The notes under the pieces were generated by a model. The model made no database searches, was not told where the DNA came from, and worked only from the letters and a program-made list of their open reading frames with translations. The translations under genes and the position numbers were made by a program. From positions 59,043 through 123,042 of the forward strand of contig JBAOHF010000036.1 in assembly GCA_037046605.1 (NCBI GenBank): DNA of 64,000 nucleotides. Reading direction: 5' to 3'. Of the stretch, positions 54,273-64,000 are shown piece after piece. How positions within the stretch are numbered: the stretch's first letter is position 1; each line of letters begins with the position of its first letter. The stretch comes from Nocardioides sp. (GTDB lineage: Bacteria > Actinomycetota > Actinomycetes > Propionibacteriales > Nocardioidaceae).

Positions 54273-55256
54273 TCAGCCTTCGTCGAGCATGTCGGGGGTC
54301 AGCGACGCCTCGGTGTCCGGGATGCCCAACTCCTCCGCACGCTTGTCGGCCATCGCCAGCAAGCGTCGGATTCGGCCCGCGATGGCGTCCTTGGTGAGCA
54401 CGGGGTCGTGCAGTTGTCCAAGCTCCTCCAGCGAGGCCTGCTTGTGTTCCACGCGCAGGCTCCCCGCCATCCGAAGATGGTCGGGCACGTCCTCACCGAG
54501 GATCTCCAGAGCGCGCTGGACGCGAGCGCCCGCGGCCACCGCGGCCCGCGCCGAGCGGCGAAGGTTGGCGTCGTCGAAGTTGGCCAGCCGATTGGCGGTG
54601 GCGCGCACCTCACGGCGCATCCGACGCTCTTCCCAGTCCATCAGCGTCTCGTGCGCGCCCAAGCGGGTGAGCAAGGCACCGATCAGATCGCCGTCGCGGA
54701 TGACGACGCGGTCGACCCCGCGCACCTCTCGGGCCTTGACCGGAATGTTGAGGCGCCGAGCAACACCGACCAGCGCCAGCGCCGCCTCCGGACCGGGACA
54801 GGTCACTTCGAACGACGAGGAGCGACCCGGTTCGGTCAGCGAGCCGTGGGCCAAGAACGCGCCCCGCCAGGCCGCGACCGCGTCGCAACTGGCCCCGGAA
54901 ACCACCGCTGGCGGCAACCCGCGCACCGGGCGTCCTTGCGCATCCACCAGGCCGGTCTGGCGAGCAAGCGCGTCGCCGTCCTTGGTCACGCGTACGACGT
55001 AGCGCGTGCCCTTGCGCAGCCCGTTCCCCTGGACCACCACCACGTCGCTGGCGTGGCCGTAGACCTCGGCGAGATCCTTGCGTAAGCGCCGCGCCGCCGC
55101 GCCGGTGTCGAGCTCCGCCTCGATCACGATCTTGCCCGCAACCAGGTGCAAGCCACCCGCGAAGCGGAGCATGGAGGCAACCTCGGCCTTCCGGCAGCAC
55201 GTCTTGGTAATCGGGGTGCTGGCCAACTCAGCCTTGACCTGCGCCGTCATCGCCAT
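54273..55256 (-). CDS. whiA: DNA-binding protein WhiA
   Basis: [44 protein letters not shown]. Confidence 0.96.
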   Translation of the reverse strand: MAMTAQVKAELASTPITKTCCRKAEVASMLRFAGGLHLVAGKIVIEAELDTGAAARRLRKDLAEVYGHASDVVVVQGNGLRKGTRYVVRVTKDGDALARQTGLVDAQGRPVRGLPPAVVSGASCDAVAAWRGAFLAHGSLTEPGRSSSFEVTCPGPEAALALVGVARRLNIPVKAREVRGVDRVVIRDGDLIGALLTRLGAHETLMDWEERRMRREVRATANRLANFDDANLRRSARAAVAAGARVQRALEILGEDVPDHLRMAGSLRVEHKQASLEELGQLHDPVLTKDAIAGRIRRLLAMADKRAEELGIPDTEASLTPDMLDEG

Positions 55257-55349
55257 GGCCGAAATCCTCGCACGTGCGTCAACAACCGCCGCGATCGGGA
55301 ACTGGCCGGTAACCAGCGGCGGCCGCCGCGCTTCACTGCGGACCTCGCC

Positions 55350-56352
55350 TCAGGCGCGGTTCGGGCCGGCGAAGACGTGCCGATAGGCGTCGGCCAGTTT
55401 CACTGGATCGTGCCTCGGGGTGCCGTCCCCCACGGCCACATCCGCGAGGTGCAGCCTCCCGCCGAGGCGAGCGACCGCGGCGCGGAGGTTCTCCGGATCG
55501 GGGACGCTGCGGGAATCGGCGATCACGGTGTGCACGGAGAGGCCCGGCGCGTGGCTGCGCAGTACGTCGAGGTGCTCATGCAGGCGGAGGCCGGCGGTCT
55601 CACTTGTGTCCGCGCTCAGATTCAGCACCAGCACGATCCGAACGCCTTGCCGACAGAGTGCCTCGCGCAGCCGGGGCACGAGGAGATGCGGAAGCACCGA
55701 GCTGTACCAGGACCCGGGGCCCCAGACCACCCACTCCGCTTCATCGAGAGCGGTCAGGGCTTGCTCGCACGCGGGTGGATCGGCCGGGTCGAGGGAGACC
55801 GAGAGAATCTCGCCGGGCGTCGTCGCGACCTCCACCTGGCCAGTCACCTCGGTGACCACGTCTCGGGGCACCCTGCACGGCGCCGCGAACCCGGGCGGTG
55901 AGGGTCAGTGGGGTCGTCGACATCGGCAGGACCCTGCCGTGAGCGCCGAGCAGCCGGCCGACCCACTCGAGCGCCTCGACCGGCTCGCCGAAGCGTTCCC
56001 ACAACCCGACGATGAGCAGGTTGCCGACCACGTGGTCGCGCAGCTGCCCGGTGCCGGCGAAGCGGTGCTGCATGAGTTCGGCCCAGGTCCGGCCCCAGTC
56101 GTCGTCGCCACAGAGCGCGGCCAGCGCCATCCGCAGATCCCCAGGCGGCAGGACATCGAACTCTTCGCGCAGCCTGCCCGAGGAGCCACCGTTGTCGGCC
56201 ACCGTTACTACCGCGGTGAGTCGATCGGTCACATGGCGAAGCGCGGAGAGCGACGCGAACAGGCCGTGCCCGCCACCGAGGGCGACCACGCGGGGACCGG
56301 AGCGTGCGGATGCGGAGGCGCCAGGGGACGACGCCGGCGAGGCTGGGTGCAT
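55350..56352 (-). CDS. yvcK: YvcK/CuvA UDP-GlcNAc-binding protein (one indel near 55865)
   Basis: ALGGGHGL, TVADNGGSSG, PPGDLR and H.VGNL in the 5' frame; GPGSWYSSV and RHDP in the 3' frame. Confidence 0.88.
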
Positions 56353-56356
56353 GGGG

Positions 56357-57262
56357 CTACTCGCGGCCCAGGTCGCGATGTTGCGCGCGCGCGTCGTGGC
56401 CCGCTGCCACCAGACGATTGGTGATCTCCTCAGCCATCGCAACACTGCGGTGTTTGCCGCCGGTGCAGCCGACCGCGACGGTGAAGTAGCGCTTGTCCTC
56501 GGAGAGGTAGCCCTCCGTCAGCGTCTGCAGCAAGGGAAGCAACTGGTCGAGGAAGCGCTGAGCCGAGGGTTGCGACAAGACATGGGCGGACACCGCGGCA
56601 TCCCGCCCGGTCAGCGGGCGCAAGGCGGGATCCCAGTAGGGGTTGGGCAGGAAGCGCATGTCGGCAACGAAGTCCGCATCCACAGGGATGCCGTATTTGA
56701 ACCCGAAGCTCACCACCGTGATCTTGAGGCGGGTGGTCTCCGGGGTGCCGAACAGGTCGGCGATCCGGTCGGTGAGCTGATGCACGTTGAGGGTCGAGGT
56801 GTCCACGATCAGGTCGGCGTTGGCCCGCAGGTCGGCGAGCACTTCCCGCTCCCGCTCGAGCCCCTCCAGCAGCCGGCCCGTGCCTTGCAGGGGATGCGGG
56901 CGTCGGGCGGCCTCCTGCCGTCGTACGAGCACGTCGTCGGACGCCTCCAAGAACAGCAGCGTGGCCCGCCGACCGCGCACACCCTTGGCCAGATTGGCGG
57001 CCAACGCGTCGAAGAACGACCCGGAACGCACGTCGATCACCACCGCGACGGGCTGCCGTGTGCCCCTCGAGGCGTCGACCAATCCGACCACTTTGCCCAA
57101 CAAGGCCGGCGGAAGATTGTCCACAACGTAGAAGCCGAGGTCCTCCAACTCCTTCGCGGCCGTGCTGCGCCCGGCTCCGGTCATGCCGGTGACCACGACT
57201 AGTTCGCCCGCTTGCTCGCGCGGCCCCGGGTCTCCTGAGGGTCTAGCCGTTGGCTCGGACAT
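56357..57262 (-). CDS. rapZ: RNase adapter RapZ (YvcJ)
   Basis: GMTGAGRS, DNLPP, RRPHP, SFGFKYG, RFLPNP, GCTGGKHRS. Confidence 0.95.
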   Translation of the reverse strand: MSEPTARPSGDPGPREQAGELVVVTGMTGAGRSTAAKELEDLGFYVVDNLPPALLGKVVGLVDASRGTRQPVAVVIDVRSGSFFDALAANLAKGVRGRRATLLFLEASDDVLVRRQEAARRPHPLQGTGRLLEGLEREREVLADLRANADLIVDTSTLNVHQLTDRIADLFGTPETTRLKITVVSFGFKYGIPVDADFVADMRFLPNPYWDPALRPLTGRDAAVSAHVLSQPSAQRFLDQLLPLLQTLTEGYLSEDKRYFTVAVGCTGGKHRSVAMAEEITNRLVAAGHDARAQHRDLGRE

Positions 57263-57265
57263 GGT

Positions 57266-59263
57266 TCAGCCCTCCTCGATCTCACCGGTGGCGGTGTTGA
57301 TTCGCGGGTGCGACGCGTCGGCAACGGCGGCCTTGATCGCTGCCGCTGTGCGGGGACCTACCCCGGGCACCTGTGCCAGCTCTTCGACAGAGGCCGCGCG
57401 CAGCTTGCGCATCGACCCGAAATGTTTGAGCAGAGTTTTGCGCCGTATCTCCCCCAGGCCCGGGACGTCGTCCAGTGCGCTTTCCACCATGGACTTGGAA
57501 CGGCGATTGCGGTGATGGGTGATGGCAAACCGATGGGCTTCGTCACGAATGCGCTGGAGGAGGTAGAGCCCCTCGGAACTGCGCGGCAGGATCACCGGGT
57601 CCTCCTCCCCCGGCATCCACACCTCCTCGAGTCGCTTGGCGAGCCCACAGACGGCGATGTCGGCCAAGCCCAATTCGGTGAGCGCAGCGATCGCGGCGGC
57701 GACCTGCGGCGCACCACCGTCGACGACGACCAAAGACGGCGCGTAGGCGAACTTGCGCGGCTTCCCGGTCTCCGGGTCGACCAGCATCGGGCCTTCCTCG
57801 CCGCTCACCGTGGTGCTGTTGGCGCGTTCATCGAGGAGTCGGCGGAAGCGTCGGGTGATCACCTCGTGCATGGCAGCGACGTCGTTTTGGCCGTCGACCC
57901 CGCGGATGACGAAGCGGCGGTACTCCGACTTGCGGGCCAAGCCGTCTTCGAAGACGACCATGCTGGCCACCACCTCGGTGCCCTGCAGATTGGAGACGTC
58001 GAAACATTCGATCCGCAGCGGGGCCTCGTCGAGGCCGAGCGCCGCGGCGATCTCTTCCAACGCCTTGTTGCGCGTGGTCAGATCGCTGGCCCGCTTGGTC
58101 TTGTGCAAGGCCAGGGCTTGGCGGGCATTCGTGGCCACCGTCTCCATCAGGACCTTCTTGTCCCCCCGCTGCGGGGTGCGTACGGCGACCTTGCCGCCGC
58201 GCAGTTCGGCCAAGAGCCGCTCGATGGTCTCCGGGTCCGGCGGCAGTGCCGGCACCAGCACCTGACGTGGGATCAGATCCGGATCATCGGCGCTCGCGGC
58301 TTCGGAGTAGACCTGCAGCAGGAAGTCCTCGATCAACTCCGGCGTGCCGCCTTCGTCGACGCGGTCGGCGACCCATCCCCGCTGACCGCGAACTCGCCCT
58401 CCACGCACGTAGAAGATCTGCACGGCAACTTCCAGAGGATCCTCAGCGAGCGCGATCACATCGGCATCGGTGCCATCGGAGAAGACCACGGTCTGCCGCT
58501 CCAGTGCCTTGTTGAGCGCACCGAGATCGTCTCGTAGCCGAGCTGCACGCTCGAACTCCAAAGCGTCGGAGGCGGCGTACATCTCCTTCTGGACACGCTT
58601 GACGAAGTCGGCACTCTGACCGCCGACGAAGGCACAGAAGTCCGAGACGATCTCGCGATGCTCGGCTTCGGTCACCCGACCCACGCACGGTGCCGAGCAC
58701 TTGTCGATGTAGCCGAGTAGACAGGGACGACCCACTTGGCCGGCCCGGGTGAACACGCCGTTGGTGCACGAGCGCATCGGAAAGACCCGCAAGAGGGCAT
58801 CGACGGTCTCGCGGATCGCCCAGGCATGGCTGTAGGGGCCGAAATAGCGGGTGCCGCGCTTCTTGCTGCCGCGCCCGACGAACACCCGTGGAAAGGCCTC
58901 TCCCACCGTGACGGCCAGCCATGGATAGGACTTGTCGTCGCGATACTTGACGTTGAACCGCGGATCGAATTCCTTGATCCAGGAGTATTCGAGCTGGAGC
59001 GCCTCCACCTCGGTGGCGACGACCGTCCAGTCCACCGCCGCCGCCGTCGCGACCATCGTCGCGGTCCGCGGATGCAGCCCGCGAGGGTCGGAGAAGTAGG
59101 ACGACAACCGCGAGCGCAGATTCTTGGCCTTGCCGACATAGATCACACGGCCGTGGGCGTCGCGGAATCGATAGACGCCAGGCTCCGTGGGAATCGTCCC
59201 CGGCGCCGGCCGGAAGCCGGACCCCTCACGGAGGCGGGGAGCGCGCGGGGGTGGGGGTGGCAC
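57266..59263 (-). CDS. uvrC: Excinuclease ABC subunit C
   Basis: [45 protein letters not shown], HhH. Confidence 0.97.
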   Translation of the reverse strand: MPPPPPRAPRLREGSGFRPAPGTIPTEPGVYRFRDAHGRVIYVGKAKNLRSRLSSYFSDPRGLHPRTATMVATAAAVDWTVVATEVEALQLEYSWIKEFDPRFNVKYRDDKSYPWLAVTVGEAFPRVFVGRGSKKRGTRYFGPYSHAWAIRETVDALLRVFPMRSCTNGVFTRAGQVGRPCLLGYIDKCSAPCVGRVTEAEHREIVSDFCAFVGGQSADFVKRVQKEMYAASDALEFERAARLRDDLGALNKALERQTVVFSDGTDADVIALAEDPLEVAVQIFYVRGGRVRGQRGWVADRVDEGGTPELIEDFLLQVYSEAASADDPDLIPRQVLVPALPPDPETIERLLAELRGGKVAVRTPQRGDKKVLMETVATNARQALALHKTKRASDLTTRNKALEEIAAALGLDEAPLRIECFDVSNLQGTEVVASMVVFEDGLARKSEYRRFVIRGVDGQNDVAAMHEVITRRFRRLLDERANSTTVSGEEGPMLVDPETGKPRKFAYAPSLVVVDGGAPQVAAAIAALTELGLADIAVCGLAKRLEEVWMPGEEDPVILPRSSEGLYLLQRIRDEAHRFAITHHRNRRSKSMVESALDDVPGLGEIRRKTLLKHFGSMRKLRAASVEELAQVPGVGPRTAAAIKAAVADASHPRINTATGEIEEG

Positions 59264-59269
59264 GGTCTC

Positions 59270-59291
59270 AGCCTAATCGCCGGGACCGACA
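59270..59291 (-). promoter_or_regulatory. RecA-NDp / PafBC-type promoter of uvrC (leaderless)
   Basis: Minus strand TGTCGG-tcccggcgat-TAGGCT, then 6 nt and the GTG; exact match to TGTCGG-N10-TANNNT. Confidence 0.8.
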
Positions 59292-59301
59292 CCCCCTTCT
59301 C

Positions 59302-59357
59302 GACTCAGCCAGGCATCCTCATCCCGGCAGACTCAGCCGGGCAGGCTCACCCGGAAG
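59302..59357. repeat. Degenerate 14-bp x4 repeat running into the Rieske gene stop
   Basis: GACTCAGCCAGGCA TCCTCATCCCGGCA GACTCAGCCGGGCA GGCTCACCCGGAAG. Confidence 0.65.
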
Positions 59358-59784
59358 TGACGGAGTCGCCCGACACGGTGACGTCGATGGTGGACAGGTT
59401 GGGCAGGTTCGGCGAGCCGCCGTTGGGGCCGACGACGTTCTGCCCCGTGGCCGCGTCGAACTCGGCACCGTGGCAGCCGCCGCAGCGGATCCGCCCGTCG
59501 GTGACCTCGGTGAACGTGCACTTCTGATGCGGGCAGATCGCGCTGTAGGCCTTGAAGTCCCCTTCGGTCGGTTGCACGAACACCGTCTTGTCGACGATGA
59601 CCCCGCCACCGACGGCGACGGCCGAGGTCTTCACCGAGGCCGCCGACCCCGATCCATCGGATCCGCTTCCTGAGTCGTCGTCGCTTCCACATGCCGCCAG
59701 GAGTGGAATGCCTACGCCTGCGACGAGCGCGCCCTGCATAGCGGTGCGACGCAGCACCCCGTTATCCGCCGTTCCGTCAGCCAT
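59347..59784 (-). CDS. Tat-exported Rieske (2Fe-2S) lipoprotein
   Basis: Twin-arginine LRRT, lipobox LAAC, CPH...CGGCHG. Confidence 0.85.
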   Translation of the reverse strand: MADGTADNGVLRRTAMQGALVAGVGIPLLAACGSDDDSGSGSDGSGSAASVKTSAVAVGGGVIVDKTVFVQPTEGDFKAYSAICPHQKCTFTEVTDGRIRCGGCHGAEFDAATGQNVVGPNGGSPNLPNLSTIDVTVSGDSVTSG

Positions 59785-59835
59785 TCTGCGCATTCCTTCC
59801 AACAGCTTGCTCGTTGAAGCTTCGAGTTGCCGACT

Positions 59836-62709
<2,874 letters not shown>

Positions 62710-62747
62710 CTGGCGCGCTTCCTTCTCGACTCGATGTGCGATGGGCA

Positions 62748-62769
62748 AGTTTGCCACCGGGCTCCGACC
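62748..62769 (-). promoter_or_regulatory. PafBC-type promoter of uvrA (degenerate)
   Basis: Minus strand GGTCGG-N10-CAAACT, two mismatches to TGTCGG-N10-TANNNT. Confidence 0.5.
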
Positions 62770-62781
62770 CTAATACATGGA

Positions 62782-62797
62782 TCGAACATATGTTCCA
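62782..62797. promoter_or_regulatory. LexA SOS box
   Basis: TCGAAC-ATAT-GTTCCA, one mismatch to the actinobacterial TCGAAC-N4-GTTCGA. Confidence 0.8.
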
Positions 62798-62801
62798 AGT
62801 G

Positions 62802-62823
62802 TGTCGGAGTGTCCCCTGAGGAT
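62802..62823 (+). promoter_or_regulatory. PafBC-type promoter facing the DinB-family gene
   Basis: TGTCGG-agtgtcccct-GAGGAT. Confidence 0.5.
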
Positions 62824-62870
62824 CCGAGGAGGCTCTGGGCAGAGCCCTCAGACGCCGCTTGAATAGCGCC

Positions 62871-63604
62871 ATGACCGATTCTCCGGCACATCCTCTCGAC
62901 ACCGAACTCGAGCCCACGCTGGCTCAAGTCGACGCCGCAAGTGCACGCTACCTCGCCACCGTTGACGGCCTGTCCGAGGCCGATTTCGCCGCCGCTAGCG
63001 TGCTCCCCGGGTGGAGTGTGGCGCACGTGATCTCGCACGTCGCCTCAAATGCCACCGGCATCACCCGAGCCATCGACGCAGCCATCGCCGGCGATCCCGT
63101 GCCCTGGGTCTATGAGACCAACGCCGGCCGAGACGCCGAGATCGACGAACGCGCCGCCTGGCCCTCCGCACGGCTGGCCGACCTCAACCGGCAGTCGGTG
63201 ACCGACCTCAAGACCTCGTTGGCCGGCGTCACCGACCAGTGGGAAGTCCTGCTTCCCCGGGTCATCGACGGACCCGCCTGGTCGATCCTCGACTGGGTGG
63301 GCGCACGGTGGCGGGAGGTCGAGATCCATCACACCGACATGGGTGTGGGCTACACCCACCACGATTGGGACGACGCCTTCGTCGACTACCTCACCAGCGT
63401 GGCCGCCTTCGATCGCGAACCAGAGGTGGCCTTGACCCTGCGTTCGCCCGACGGCGACGTCGAAGTCGGTGGCGGCGGACAAGTCGTCTCCGGGTCGCGC
63501 CGTGATCTGGTGTGGTGGCTGATCGGTCGCGGCGGCGGAGCGGGTGTCGCCAGCGAGTCCCCCTGCCTACACTCGGCCCATGGCAACGTCGTACACGGGT
63601 GTAG
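62871..63604 (+). CDS. Maleylpyruvate isomerase-family mycothiol-dependent enzyme (DinB superfamily); probable 1-bp deletion at the C-run 63559-63563
   Basis: S.LPGWSVAHVISHV, REVEIHHTD, LVWWLIGRG. Restoring one C gives the typical ending LPTLGPW...stop at 63604 in place of the 362-aa read-through ORF. Confidence 0.82.
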
Positions 63605-64000
63605 TCGAGCCGGGCGGACCGGCACAGGTTCGGACCGCCGGCTGCTTGACAATCACCAAGCTCGCGGTCGACCCGAAGATGTCCAACAACTGCTACGTGC
63701 TCAGTTGCGCGAAGACGGGCGACCAGGTCTTGATCGATGCGGCCGACGAAGCCGAGCGGATCCTGGAACTGATCGGGTCTGCCGGCCTCACTACGGTCAT
63801 CACGACCCACCAGCACTGGGATCACCATCGTGCATTGGCGGAGATCGTCGAGGCCACTGGGGCACAGGTTGTCGCCGGAGCTCTGGACGCCGACGCGATC
63901 ACGGAGCAGACCGGCGTCCGCGTCGACCGCCGACTCGAGCACGGTGACACCGTCGGGATCGGCGAATGCGCCATCCGGGTCCTGGCCATCGCCGGGCACA
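63580..64000 (+). CDS. MBL-fold metallo-hydrolase (5' part, runs off the window)
   Basis: Manual translation MATSYTGVVEPGGP...MSNNCY...LIDAA...TTHQHWDH...GD...GH, containing the HxHxDH motif. Confidence 0.88.
   Translation, partial: MATSYTGVVEPGGPAQVRTAGCLTITKLAVDPKMSNNCYVLSCAKTGDQVLIDAADEAERILELIGSAGLTTVITTHQHWDHHRALAEIVEATGAQVVAGALDADAITEQTGVRVDRRLEHGDTVGIGECAIRVLAIAGH

Noticed and set aside
62859-63947. 362-aa ORF as a long or fused DinB-family protein
   Set aside because: Beyond about 63563 it reads out of frame over the MBL hydrolase gene; one missing C explains it.

Overview
High-GC actinobacterial core-chromosome segment. Gene content and order resemble Nocardioidaceae; this is an inference. 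No rRNA, tRNA, CRISPR array, integrase or transposase is visible. From left to right it holds: a GlnA4-type gamma-glutamylation (amine/ethanolamine) catabolic cluster; TSUP-SPFH-NfeD-ABC; serB; a cyanophycin locus (cphB-cphA plus a convergent CphA paralogue with the Mur-ligase domain but no ATP-grasp domain); fabI-fabG; dodecin; a 6C-like small RNA; moaA; SURF1; ABC and ABC-F; acVLRF1; the sufRBD-fdx-CSUT operon; ABC-ctaA; an orphan CoxL-like molybdoenzyme subunit; ctaB; tkt-tal-pgi-pgl (no zwf/opcA); rbpA-secG-tpiA-pgk-gap; whiA-yvcK-rapZ-uvrC; a Rieske lipoprotein; uvrA; and a divergent mycothiol-dependent DinB-family and MBL hydrolase pair. The most notable items are the ATP-grasp-less CphA paralogue, recurrent 12-16 bp tandem duplications of functional element ends (stop codons, an sRNA tail, an iron box), and a LexA box between two divergent PafBC-type promoters. 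A dense patch of single-base indels at about 19.1-21.5 kb and four isolated indels look like assembly errors. All calls come from reading motifs; no database searches were run.
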